Positions 1 through 12,748 of a stretch of DNA of 64,000 bases are shown piece by piece. Numbering within the stretch: position 1 is the first letter of the stretch; every line of letters starts with the position of its first letter. The stretch covers positions 13,888,001 through 13,952,000 of the forward strand of contig NC_073406.1 in assembly GCF_028641065.1 (NCBI RefSeq), written 5' to 3'. The notes under the pieces were generated by a model, which did no database searches, was not told the DNA's origin, and worked only from the letters and a program-made list of their open reading frames with translations. The DNA is from Leucoraja erinacea (Eukaryota). The position numbers were made by a program, and so were the translations under genes.

Positions 1-284
1 TCAGGTGATCCCTCAGACTCATTCATTCTAGAGAAAACAAGTTGAGCCGAAACAATCCTACCCCATAACCAAAGTCCCCTAATCCCTATCTCTCCAGTAC
101 AATCACCTTCTTTCTTGAGAGTAGCTACCAGAACTGCACACGATACTTCAAGGCTTAACCAATGTTTTATGGGAACATATTGTCGTAATGTTTATACTCT
201 ATGCCCTGAAGTATGAAGGTAAACATGCCAAATGTCTTCTTCAAAACCCTATTGACCTGTGTTGCCAATTTCAGACCTCCCGTT

Positions 285-623
285 GGATTGCAACCTTGTC
301 GTGGTCGGGGAGCTTGTGTGGCTCAGTGACCCCTGGAGCTATGCCAGTGGGAGATTCGTCTCCTGTTTGGGTTTCCCATGGTGGACAGGTCGAAGGGTAG
401 AGGCGAGACGAAGAGCGATCCACTGGTCCTCCAGGCTGGAGGTTGAGCACAGAGCTAACAACCCTGTCTCGTAAATCAAATATGTTACGTAAACAGCAAC
501 TGAAGGAATCAACACTGCAGGACATGGCCTGGGGTCCAGAAGCTAGCCCAGAACAGACAGGAGTGGAGGACCTTCGTTGTTGCCCTACATGCCAGGAGGC
601 ATAATAGGCAGTAAGTAAGTAAG
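285..623 (+). mobile_element. Internally deleted RTE-clade (BovB/Expander-like) LINE derivative
   Basis: An RTE-type 5' UTR (ccttgtcgtggtcggggagcttg...gagctatgcc) is joined to an RTE-type 3' end (cagaacagacaggagtggagg...gccctacatgcca) and a (taag)n tail. Confidence 0.6.
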
Positions 624-2507
624 CAAATTTCAGAGAATGTTTTGGAAATGCAAAATCGACATGACACAAATCACTGATGTTGAGGTCCACCCATAGACGT
701 TGGTGTTGCCTTAGTGGCAGGAGGGGGTCCAGGGTAATGGTGTAAGTTGAATGAACTCATCATCACAGCAGAAGACTGGTAATGCATTAGAAGGTCAGAA
801 GTTCAGTAGAGGAAAATCCCCCAAATCCCACTGCTGATCCTCTGACAAGAACAACTGGTAAATGCTGGCAGTTTTAATGTAACTGGCAGAAGGGCATCTG
901 GAGATTAGCTCCTGTGTGTTTTTGGGTATTACTCATTTTTTTTAATTTACTTATCTTTTGCCTTGCTCTCACCATGATTACAGTTAGTATCTGCAGACTC
1001 TTGTACTTTCAAGGTACTTGAAGTTGTAGAATTCATTACTGGGTAAAGAGAGCAGCAATGTGCCCAGACAGAAGATGAAATGTTGTACCTCAAGCTAGCG
1101 ATGGGTCTTATTGTAACACCGCACATTCTTTGAAACTACACAGATTGAAATGTACCATTTCAGTTGTAACGATCATATCAGGAGAATCCGTTCATGCTAG
1201 GAGCCAGCTCAGTGAATTTCTACTGAGTTATCTGCAATGTTAATATATCATCTGTTATATAAAGGGACCCAGAATATGACTCTTGATCTTTGCTTTGAGG
1301 ATAGGCTCCACTACCAGTGATCCAGTCTACACTGAGAATTTGTAGCTTGGCCGAGAATTCTGTCAGAAATCGGCCTAGAAATCTAAATGTGGGACGCAGT
1401 CATGGTGGACTGCCAGACTCCATCAAATATTCAGCTGGGAGTGTGTAGAACATTGAACAATACAGCAACAGAAACAAACCCTTGGGTCAATGAAGTATGG
1501 GCTGACTATGTAGCCAATTTAAACTGGTACCATCTGCCTCCACATGGTTCATATGCCTGTTCATGTATGTACCTAAATAGCTCTTGAATATTACTATTAT
1601 ATCTCAAGATTCAAGAGTTTATTGCCAAGTGTCCCTGATAGAACAATGAAATTCTTACTTTGCTTCAGCACAACAGAACATATTAGGCATTGACTACAAA
1701 ACAGATCAGTGTGTCCATATACCATTATATAAATATATACACATATGATATACACCCAGACTATGCCCCCTTGATTTTTGCTTCAATTACCTCCCTTGGC
1801 AGTGTGTTCCAGGCAGGCATCTTCCACTCTATGTGTAAAAAAACTTACCCGATAAACCTTTAAACTGAAGAAGGGTCTCGACCCAAAACGTCACCCATTC
1901 CTTCTCTCCAGAGATGCTTACTGTCCCGCTGAGTTAAGTTACTTCAGCTTTTTGTGTCTATCTCCTTTAAACTTTCTCTCCTTCAGCTGCAGTAAAGCTC
2001 CTGACCAACTCATTATCCAGGTATCTGGCACCAAGGATACTCTCTTTTACTTACTGACTGCCAGCTACTCGGAATCATGGAAAATGGTTACTGTATCCAT
2101 CACATCCAATGTTTGCCTCTAAGTTTTCCTTAATTTTCAGTGCCAGAATCTCGATTGGTGGTTGCAAGAGTGAAATCAAGTGACAATTGGAATAGTTGTG
2201 ATAGTTGGAATGTGAGGAGAAGGGGAGTCTCATCTTTCTCACTGTTCTCAGCTGCAGTACGTCTTTAGAAAACAGAAATCCACCAATGCTGCTGTTCTGA
2301 AATATAAATGATGTACTCAGACCAGGCTAGTTCTGATGAGAAGCCAACAACCAAGACCACTGACTCTTGTTTCTTCCCCCACAGATGTAACCTGACCTGC
2401 TGAGTGCTTGCACTAGGTTTCTTTGTATCTCAGTGTTAGTCATCATCATCTATGGGAAGGAACACCACTCCCTCCTGAGCGCATTAGGAAATCAAGGTGC
2501 ATCTTAC

Positions 2508-2773
2508 TTTTTAGCTTACTTTCGAGATACAGCGGTCCACTGAGTACGCGCCGACCAGCTATCCCTATCCTACACACATTATCAATTAATCTTCAAACCT
2601 GTACGTCTTTGGAGTGTGGGAGGAAACCAAATATCTCTGAGAAAACCCACGCGGTCATGGGGAGAACGGACAAACTCCTTAAAGACAGCACCTGTAGTCG
2701 CGATCGAACCCGGGTCTCTGGCGCTGTAAGCATTGTAAGGCAGCAACTCAACTGCTGCGCCACAATACCGCCC
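2508..2773 (-). mobile_element. tRNA-derived SINE (HE1-like, elasmobranch)
   Basis: The minus strand reads ggcggtattgtggcgcagcagttgagttgctgcc...cgggttcgatc (A/B boxes), then a body and a (ctaaa)-like tail. Confidence 0.7.
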
Positions 2774-5716
2774 TGTCTTGAGATGCTGTTGGGCCTTGTT
2801 GTTATGTACAACCTGTTCTGCAAAGAAAAGCAGAGCTGCAAAAATGAGCCTTGCACAAGCTTTTTAGACAATAATGGAGTCATTACCGTTAATTATGTAA
2901 TAAATGTGGGCCACAATATAAAAAGGTAAGAGATTGATGGAAATGTAATGATGGAAACTGATACGAGTTGAGACAGAGATCAGGGTGCGGTAGATTGAGC
3001 AAGTGTCTCACCTAGTATCTGTTTTCATCATGAAAACCTCCTACGTCTCCTACAACAATGTGTTCAGGCTGTAATAATTATCCTCCAAAGAAACAAGACC
3101 ACCTTCTTTCATGCAGTAAAAGGGAATTGCAGATGCTGGTTTATACCAAAGAAAGACACAGAATAGTGGAGTAACTCAGCGAGTCAGGCAGCATCTCTGG
3201 AGAAAATGGATAGGTGCCTTTTTTGAGTCTGGACCTTTCTTTTTGTTGGAGGGGGGGGGGATGTTGTTGGAAATTGTTCCCATAGAAACTAAGAAACTAG
3301 ACCTTAGACTATTATGTGAGAAACTAGGCTTTTGTCTCTCACTTAAATGATCAAGAATCGAAGGAGCTGTCAATTGGGGAAAGAGGTGTATATGCAAAGA
3401 GGACACGTACCAGGTAATAATTGAATGGGAATAAGGAAATTGGTTTCAAGTTAGCAACAATCTGTGGACATGTAGTAGTAAAGTGAGGAACATAAGGACC
3501 ACGGGCAATATCATAATCAAATTATCATAACAAGAGTTAACTATTGGCAGACTGCAATGGTCCCATCATGGATCCTAGTTAGAACACAACTAGCCATACA
3601 AGACTGGTATACTCGGGTCAACCCTATGCTTTTGTGCAAGAGGGCACAAAAAACGTAGGCCTTTTATTCGGATTAACATAGATCCTATTAGGATGTATTA
3701 TGCCTCGGACAATTCGACGGCATTATATGACACAATATGTGTGCACATTTCATCCATTACATTACTCATTTTGTCACTTGTTCTATCCGGTATCACTAAC
3801 ATTCTCATTCTATTCATTTTCTGTTGGCTTGATACAGGAAGGGATATCAGATGTATGAATGGAAGTGAACCATTCATTGCTTTGAGGTTGTCTTGCTATT
3901 GATAAGAACCATGAGAAAAACACAAAGTGCTGGAGGAACTCAGAGGATCAGGCAACATCTATGGAGAAAATGGATCGACGAAGTTGTATCAATGACTAGG
4001 GCAATTCCAGCAGGTAATTGATATTTCCAAATGCTCACTGCCCTTTACTCTTACTTAGTTGAGCAAGCTCTGATATGTTGGGGAGGCAGATATACAGTTA
4101 GAACAACTGTCTGGACTAAGAGCTGGTTGAATCTCATAGATGAGGCTAGTTTGATCCTGTGAGTACGGAGTAGGTAGCTGCACCCCTGACCACAAATGAT
4201 ATCTGCTATTGGCTTGAGCTGTTGAAATATTTTGATCCTTACCATGACTGTCCTTATTTATTTTATTTTTGTATTTGGTTTACTCATAGCCTCGAAGATG
4301 GGAATATGACTAAAAATATGTGTATTGCTAATAATTTAAGATAGAACTGCAGATGCGGCAAAAAACGTAATGTATATTTCGCAGAAATTACAACTACTTG
4401 TTGTAATTAGAAATGATGGAATATTTCTACTAATATAATGCACGTAAACAAAAATGCTGGAGAAACTTAGCGGGTGAGGCAGCATCTATGGAGAGAAGAA
4501 ATAGGCGACGTTTTGGGTCGAGACCCTTCTTCAAATTAATAATTAGATAGTTTACCGAAGGAGCCCTAATCAATGAAAATAATGCTTCAATTAATTCCTT
4601 TAAAAGTTGTTGTTCCCTTGTAAGGGAGTTGAATATGTGTTAATTAGAGGCAGCAGTAAACAGAACATTATTAAAGACGTGCATTCCTTGGAAGAGAGAA
4701 ATTGTCAGGCGTGTCATGTTAATCATCAGACTGCTGAACAATGCTCCCATAAACTACAATGTGCTCCCGAACTCCCAACCTGTTTTGTGACCTTGAACTT
4801 TTTTTTCTCTCTGCACTTACCTAAGATGTTTCAAAGTGCTTATGTATAGTGATACGAGTACTGATCTGAATACAGAAATACATTTCCCTGTACCTGGGTA
4901 CATGTGACAAATAAAGTACCATTGTCCATTGATTTCTCAGTAGCTGTAATACTAAATTCTGCACTTATGTTTCTCTTTGCACTACCTGTGCACTTGTGTA
5001 TGACTTGATTGTACTCAGTCAGGTGTGATCTGACTGGACAGCATGCAAATCAAAGTTTGACACTGCATCTTAGACCATGTGTCGATAATAATAAACCAAA
5101 CATTTTAGTCATGTGGGAGGATTTTCTGGAGACAACATGAGTGCCGCGTTTCCCATGGTTTGGGTGTATGCTGTAAAATTCCAGATATCAGAAGCTGATA
5201 ACCCCGCTTTCATGATAACAACCTTCTACACAAGTACCTTCCAATCTGCCTGTCCCACTGAGTTACTCCAGTTTTTTGTGTCTATTTTCCAATCACAAAA
5301 GCTGTCATCAAACATTATGCACTTTTTTGGAACCAATCTGTCACTTTTCCATAGTATTCTAAGCAAATTTTATAAATTAATATAAATTATTCATAAAACT
5401 CTGATGAAGTAACATTAGATTGGTTGGAAGGCGCAAACATCAATAATATCCAGTCAATTTGTAGCATCAACAATAGAAAATCAGCCATTCCAGATATTAG
5501 AATTGTTTGTTTAGATCAAATAGCTTAAAGTAAGTATTCTGATTATATTTCGCAGAAATTACAACTACTTGTTGTAATTAGAAATGATGGAATATTTCTA
5601 CTAATATAATGCATTGGTATTACAGTAACATGTCAACACCCAAGACCACTGACTGTTTCTTCCCCCACAGTTGTAACCTGACCTGCTGAGTACTTGCACT
5701 TTGTATCTCACTGTTA

Positions 5717-6563
5717 TGGCTCTTTCTCACGGTGCGACCTGACGCAAGACTTAACAAGAGTTTAACATCGTGGGAACCTCCTGCGATAACAGTACGGCAT
5801 TCGTGGACCACCGAGGACCTCCGTGGCGCTAACGGCAGGTAGTCGTGTAACTTGTTAAGGTCGGGAGAAAATTCAAACATTTTTGAATTTCTCCAAGAGT
5901 GACTTGAGCAGCGTTGCGACATTGTATGAACGCAGATGCCAGTGCGATATCCGTGCGATATCCGTAATGACTCTTGTGGGTACCGTGGGAACTCCTGCGA
6001 ACGGTAATATGGGTTGAGCACAACACCGGCTGAAAGGAGGCCATCGAGAAGCAGATGTACGCTTTTGAAAATTTTTTGGCATTGGCTTTTTTAAATGTTT
6101 TATGTAGTTTATGTTTTTATGTGTCTTGAGTTCTATGTGCAAATCCTTTTCAGTTCCAGGTATCAGAGTGTTGGAAGCAGGATGCCAGAGGCCACTCAGC
6201 CACTCTAGCCTGCCCCCACCCACCCACACTTACCGGGCACCTCCTTTCAGCCGGTGTTGTGCTCAACCCATATTACCGTTCGCAGGAGTTCCCACGGTAC
6301 CCGCAAGAGTCATTACGGATATCGCACGGATATCGCACTGGCATCTGCGTTCATACAATGTTGCAACGCTGCTCAAGTCACTCTTGGAGAAATTCAAAAA
6401 TGTTTGAATTTTCTCCCGACCTTAACAAGTTACACGACTACCTGCCGTTAGCGCCACGGAGGTCCTCGGTGATCCACGAATGCCGTACTGTTATCGCAGG
6501 AGGTTCCCACGATGTTAAACTCTTGTTAAGTCTTGTGTCAGGTCGCACCATGAGAAAGCCCTT
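5717..6563. mobile_element. Non-autonomous PIF/Harbinger-like foldback MITE with ~315-bp inverted arms and a TTA target duplication
   Basis: 5722-6038 is the near-perfect reverse complement of ~6240-6558 (mirror ORFs in the track). tta flanks both ends (5714-5716 and 6564-6566). The paralogous empty site is at ~2436-2438. Confidence 0.85.
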
Positions 6564-6632
6564 TTAGGCATCATCTATGGGAAGGAACACCACTCCCTCC
6601 TGAGCACATTAGGAAATCGAGGTGCATCTTGC

Positions 6633-6913
6633 TTTTTAGTTTAGTTTAGAGATACAGCGGTCCACCGAGTATGCGCCGGCCAGCTACCCCCGCACATTAA
6701 CACTATCCTACACACATTATCAATTAACCTCCAAACCCGTACGTCTCTGGAGTGTGGGAGAAAAACCAAAGATCTCAGAGAAAACCCACGTGGTCATGGG
6801 GAGAATGTACACACTCCATACAGACAGCACCCGTAGTCGGGATTGAAGCCAGGTCTCTGGCGCTGCAAGCGTTGTAAGGCAGCAACTCGACTGCTGCGCC
6901 ACAATACCACCCT
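6633..6913 (-). mobile_element. tRNA-derived SINE (HE1-like); duplicate of the copy at 2508-2773
   Basis: Same sequence and same flanks as the first copy. Confidence 0.7.
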
Positions 6914-6939
6914 GTCTTGAAATGCTATTAGGTCTCTGG

Positions 6940-7432
6940 TTTTGGTTGATTACTGCGCAAACACCTCATAAGTGGTGATCTCGCACAGGTTGGAGTGAGT
7001 AGAGTAGTGATTACATTTTGAAGTGGGCCTTTTTTACCAAGTTGAGGAGATCTAGTTGCTCAATCCCCTTTTAAAATGACTTAACATCGGGAGCAGCACA
7101 TGTGTTGGGTGGTAACATATTCCATTCCCTTATCGTCCTTGGGTAAAGGGAATATTGGTGGCAAAGCTTATTGAAATTTAGCGAGTTGATGATGGAGGGA
7201 CAGTTATTTTGTCTTGTTTCATGGTAGTTGGTGCTCTGGGATGACGGAAGATTTGATGGTGTGATTTTGTCAATCTCCTTGTAAATTGCAATAAGTCTTA
7301 GCCTGATTCTGCGGCGCTCTAGGGTATCGCTTACGAGAGAAGTCAGCATATTATTCACGCTTGATTTGCACTTGTAGTCATTACATACAAAGCGGGCTGC
7401 TCGGCATTGTACTTTCTCCAGGGTGATCTTGT
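6940..7432 (-). mobile_element. CR1-group (Daphne/Crack-like) LINE ORF2 3' fragment
   Basis: The minus strand translates ITLEKVQCRAARFVCNDYKCKSSVNNML...LERRRIRLRL...YSLYPRTIREWNMLP, a typical CR1-group C-terminus. Confidence 0.75.
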
Positions 7433-7578
7433 TTTTCTTCTTCTTCTTCTTTCATGTGGCGTGCACAGCCTAAAGTTGTAGAACAACTTATTCTTTTTGA
7501 TCTTCCGTTTGTGCATGTTGAGTTGATTGCATTAGTCGAAACAGGGCGGACCACGTGAAGGTTGCAATCTTCCACCCC
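7433..7578 (-). mobile_element. Short interspersed element with a (gaa)n tail; second copy at ~17555-17693
   Basis: Shared sequence cttcttctt...gtgcacagcc..aagttgt.gaacaact...ggttgcaatct..cacccc. Confidence 0.6.
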
Positions 7579-10142
7579 ATTGTTGTTGTTGAATGGTCTT
7601 GATGTACAACCTGTTCTGCCAGGAAAAGCAGAGCTGCAATAATGAACCGTGCACAAGGTTTTTAGAGAATAATGGAGTCATTAATGTTAATTATGTAAAG
7701 GCGGGCCACGGTGTAAAAAGGTAAGAGATTGTCATGACGGAAACTGATACAAGGCAAGACAGAGATCAGGGTGCGGTAGACTGAGCAAATGGTAATCTCA
7801 TATGTCCCCTACACCAATGTGTTCAGGCTGTAATCATTATCCCCCAAAGAAACAAGGCCATCTTTCATGCAGTAAAAGGGAATTGCAGGTGCTGGTTTAT
7901 ACCAAAGAAAGACACAGAATGCTGGAGTAACTCAGCGAATCAGGCAACATCTCTGGGGAAAATGGATTGGTGCCTTTTTGGGTCTGGACCCTTCTTCAGA
8001 CTGATTGTGGGGGGGGGAGGGGGGGAGGTGATGTTGTTGGAAATTGGTCCCGTAGAAACTAGACTACACAATGTGCTCCCGAACTCCTAACCTGTTTTGT
8101 GGCCTTGAATTGTTTTTCTTTCTGCACTTACCTAAGATGTTTCAAAGTGCTTATGTATAGTGATACGAGTACTGAACTGAATACAAAAATAAATTTCCCT
8201 AAATAAAGTACCATTGACCATTGATTTCTCAGTGGCTGTAAGACTAAATTCTGCACTTATTTTCCTCTTTGCACTACCTGTGCACTTGTGTATGACTTGA
8301 TTGTACTCAGTCAGATATGATCTGACTGGACAGCATGCAAATCAAAGTTTGACACTGTATCTTTGACCATGTGTCGATAATAAGAATCAAGACATTGTAG
8401 TCAAGTTGGGACATTTTCTGGAGACAGCATGAGTGCCGCGTTTCCCATGGTTTGAGTGTCTGCTGTAAAATTCCAGGTCTCAGAAGCTGATCCCGGCTGA
8501 TAATAACTTTCCAGATAACAACCTTTCAGGTTGGCAGACAATTATTGGTTGATTGTTATCGAGGTCAGTCCTACAGAGGCTCACTATTTATAGGAATAAT
8601 TAATATCTGTTGAATAAATGTCACATATCTCTGATTATGGGCTGAAGGGCCTGTTCCTAATCGAACAATAGATAACAAGACCACAAATAGAATAATAGAT
8701 AACAAGACAGAACGTAGTGTAACGGAGTTTACTGATGTTTAGTTTAATTTAGAGATACAGCGCGGAAGCAGCCCTTATGGCCCACTGAGTCCACACCAAC
8801 CAGCGACCCCTGCATATTAACACTATCCTACACACACTAGCATTATAAAAAATATTTTTTTGAACTAAGAATAGGAAGGTATCTGGGTGTGCCAGTTTAT
8901 AGGAACTGTTTTGGAATATAAACATGCACATATAGCCCCAATTATGAAAATTAGTGGTATGTTGATATTTATTCAACGGATAATCCTGAGCGATGATTTC
9001 ATACAATGTTTTGAAAAGGATCTACAGCCTGAGAGCCAAACATTAGCAATATGATACAAGACAATTCAATAATGAGGCGAGGGGAATTTTTTTGGGGCAG
9101 TTGGTTGTAATCTTTAGAATTCTCCACCTGAGAGAAATAGACTTCTTGGCACCAAGGGAATCAAAATACATGAGGTCGCGGGAGAAAATAGACGAGATTC
9201 ATCATCACAACGCATCTTGTTCACTAGTCAGATAGACAGAAAATGCTGCAGTAACTCAGCGGGACAGGCAGCATTTCTGGGAAGAAGGAACGAGACCTTC
9301 TCGTTTGCAGGCTATCCAGTCAAAGAAAATACCATACATGATTATAATCGTTAACATGAACTCCTCCTATTTAGACTAGCCATCTCCACAAGGGTCTTCA
9401 AGAGTGCAACCATCACAAAGTATTTCATCATTGAGACATAGAAAATAGGTGCAGAAGTAGACCATTCGGCCCTTCGAGCCAGCACTGCCACTCAATATGA
9501 TCATGGCTGATCATCCCGAATCAGTACCCCCATTCCTGCTTCCTCCCCATATCCCTTGGTTCCGTATCTTCATCATGTGTCAATGGTCATAATGAGCAGA
9601 AGCATAACAAAATAATCCATAACAAGAGAAAAACTACTAATGGAGGCAATATATTTGAACCCTGCATAGTGCCTTTCCTCCTGACCCAGAAACCCTCACC
9701 ATCATCAACACGGCCCAAGTTAAAGCTGCTTGCGACCTAACATCGAGGAGTTGGCGGCCTTTGCTGGAGACCAACTTCGGGGAGCTCCACCGCGGAGCCT
9801 GCGGACTTACCATCACAGAGCTCACGATCCCTGTCAGAATCGACTTTGGGGCTCCATCGAGGCTGACCGTAGAGCTCGCGTTAAGACCGTAAAGCTCGCG
9901 TGAAGCCATTAACCGGTCGTTAATAACCTCAAGAAAATATTAAGTCTACGTGAGCCTGCTTCAGTTTCCTGGGTCCAACAGAGAGAAGTCTTCCCCCCCC
10001 CCTTTCCAGGGTTAATCACTCTGTTTACAATGATCTCTGCATTATGAAGTCCTCAACAGTGAACCCCATGGGCAATTACTACCAAAGTGTCTGCCCACAC
10101 AGTCAGTACACCTCTCGTACACTTGTCTCCCGTACTAAGTCA

Positions 10143-10212
10143 CCCCACCCCCCCCCCCCCCCCTCCCCCCATCCTCCTCCCCCCCCCCCCCCCCCCCCCC
10201 CCCCCTCCTCTC
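10143..10212. repeat. Poly-C / C-rich low-complexity tract (G-quadruplex-prone on the minus strand)
   Basis: Runs of up to ~26 C. Confidence 0.85.
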
Positions 10213-10364
10213 CCGTCCCGACCCCCCTAAGAAAGGGCAGATGCTGGTTGACAAAAAGTGAACACACAGTGCTGGAGTAACACAAAGACGTAGCAGAATT
10301 TTGGAAACGTCATCCCGTCACCTATTCCTTCTCTGCAGAGATGCTGACTGTCCCGCTGAGTTAA

Positions 10365-10682
10365 AAAGTTAAAGAGTGCCCATGGTAGACTCAAGAGTCA
10401 CTACGGTAAACTCACGGGACACTACGTTCTTACGAGTTTAAATTTTTCCAAATTTTAACTTCAAGAGTAAATTTGACTCGTGGAAATCTTTAAACATGTT
10501 TAAAGTTTTTCAAGAGTTAACAAGTTTCCCGGATACCTGCTGTTAGCGCCACGAGTCGCTAAGTTGCGTCCACGAGTTCCGACGTTCCCGCATTATTAAT
10601 TGTACGTGATTACCACGAGTTTAATTTGTTTTAAACTCGGGGTCACTCGTGGGTCGACTCGCACCGTGAGACAGGGCGTTAA
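10365..10682. mobile_element. Single-arm remnant of a Harbinger-like MITE related to 5717-6563
   Basis: Ends tcgcaccgtgagacagggcgttaa versus tcgcaccatgagaaagcccttt; shares ttaacaagtt..cga/gga.tacctgc.gttagcgccacg. Confidence 0.6.
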
Positions 10683-12567
10683 GGGTGCAGTTCTGTGAGC
10701 AGATACAGTGTGCTCATGGACTAAACAATTTTACTGTACAACAAAGTCTATTGCATAACAGAGTTTATTACTTCCAACTGCCTTATAATTATATTCCGCA
10801 CACCTATATTTTGTTGCATAACTGGTGAATCATTCCATACTTTGTTTATCATTGGTAACTAAAAGATAATGTCTACCTAATTGAGTGTTTATATGTTGTG
10901 CATCATTACTAGATAATTACAATATCTCAAAGTCAGGTCCATTTCAAGTAAATATAATGGAATTTTGCACACCACCTAATCACATAACCTCGTGGGAGAG
11001 GGAAATGGGATAATCAGCTTCCATGATATTTCCCCTGACCCTTTACTTGTAAAAGGTGCAGAGATTGAAGAAACCCATAATGATGGGAACAGAACGAGAC
11101 CTTTCATCCACCCACTGATATGCAACAAACAAATCACCTCTACTTTTATAAATTCCCTCAGAGTGCAATCTAATGGAAATTTGTTGATGTTGAAGAATTC
11201 CATGGGTCTGCTGCTCACTTTCTCCTGAACTCCAGATTTGATTCACCATTTTTCCGGTGTGGTAGGAATACCGTGATATGACGTGAAAATACTTCAGAGC
11301 ACAAGTTCAGCCGACAAAAATACAGGTACAGACAAATGACTGCAGAACAATATATTCCTGGCTGGCATTTTCCTGATTCTTAAATATTTGTTTCCTATGT
11401 GTAAAATGGGGTTAGGGTCCAGTACTGCACTCGATGAGTTCTGATGAAGGTTCCAGATCTAAAAATGTAACCATTTCAATTTTCACTTGTGTTACCTGAC
11501 CTGCTGACCTTCATTTTCAGTTTTCATTCAGATATTCAACCTGTGTTTATTTTATTTTTTAATTGCACGCAAGACTGACATTGTTTAATTCTTAAACCAC
11601 GCTGGTATAACAAAACATCTTTGCACAGTTTTCTCTTCCCCAATTCTATAAGTAATAGAAAAAACACAATTGCTTTTGTCATCATCAACTTCCTTGCTGT
11701 CAGGTCAGATTTGACAACATTGAGGCGTTAGATGGCAAAGTGATTTAAAAAAAATGTTACAATGTTAGGAGGTAATAGCAGGAAATGGCCAAATTCATCA
11801 CATAACTAAACAAATCTGTACACTGACTCGATTGTAATCATGTATTGTCTTTGACTGACTGGTTAGCACCCAACAAAAGCTTTTCACTGTATCTTTTCAC
11901 GGTACACCTGACAATGAACTAAAACTGAACTGAACTGATCCAAATAAAAGTTAAAAAAAATATTTAATAATCAAAGGAGGCAAATTACCCAGCAATGCAA
12001 TGCTCACTGTTGACCCTATTACCTCTATAGTGTTTCAACTGATGGGTCAAACAAAAAGGCTCTAAACCAAGGTTTAGTTTAGTTTAGTTGAGTACAACTT
12101 AATCTTTATTAACATTCGCGTAACTTTAAACATGCATGCAAACAATTGACTTTTAATAACTTCTCATTTACCTTTCTAGTTCAACATCACTTCTTAAACT
12201 AAATCACAAAACTCATGACTTGGACTCAGATGTATGAATGAATTGGCCAGATTCACTCTGATGGTAGGGGGTAGTCTTCTCTGAGCTTCAAACTCAGGTC
12301 CCTCCTTCTTGCGATGGTTGTTCCCAGGTTGTCGCGCCTGATGCCCTCCTTTATACTACTTTTCCTTCCATCTTCGAATCAAAGCCTTTGTTCTAACACA
12401 AGGCTCTCATGACTTTACAGTTAATCATTTCAAGCTGTCACTCCTCCAAGGGCTGAATAAACCAAACACATCTTTATTCCTTATCAGGCTAGAGAGTTAT
12501 TAATTATGTTGCTTGTTCATATTTCCTTCTCATTATAGTTGTTTTAATCTTCTCAATCTAGTTGTAT

Positions 12568-12748
12568 AGATTGCTATGTTAAGAGGGAGTTAAATGTGGC
12601 CCTTGTGGCTAAAGGGATCAGGGGGTATGGAGAGAAGGCAGGTACAGGATACTGAGTTGGATGATCAGCCATGATCATATTGAATGGCGGTGAAGGCTCG
12701 AAGGGCCGAATGGCCTACTCCTGCACCTATTTTCTATGTTTCTATGTT
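12568..12748 (+). mobile_element. CR1 LINE 3' end fragment
   Basis: gatcagccatgatcatattgaatggcgg...gggccgaatggcctactcctgcacctattttctatgtttctatg tail. Confidence 0.8.

Larger units (their letters stand above)
2349..8526 (+). repeat. Local tandem segmental duplication (~2349-5226 and ~5638-8526)
   Basis: Collinear shared blocks: ccaagaccactgact, catcatctatgggaaggaacacc, atgtacaacctgttctgc, caatgtgctcccgaactcc and gagtgccgcgtttcccatgg. Each copy carries private insertions. Confidence 0.85.

Noticed and set aside
5620-6567. Pairs of identical ORFs on opposite strands
   Set aside because: Produced by the inverted arms of the MITE; no recognisable protein.
10044-10285. Poly-Pro / poly-Gly ORFs
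   Set aside because: Translation of a poly-C tract.
10976-11249. Overlapping ORFs in non-repetitive-looking sequence
   Set aside because: No recognisable domain and no convincing splice-site pair; cannot be supported as an exon.
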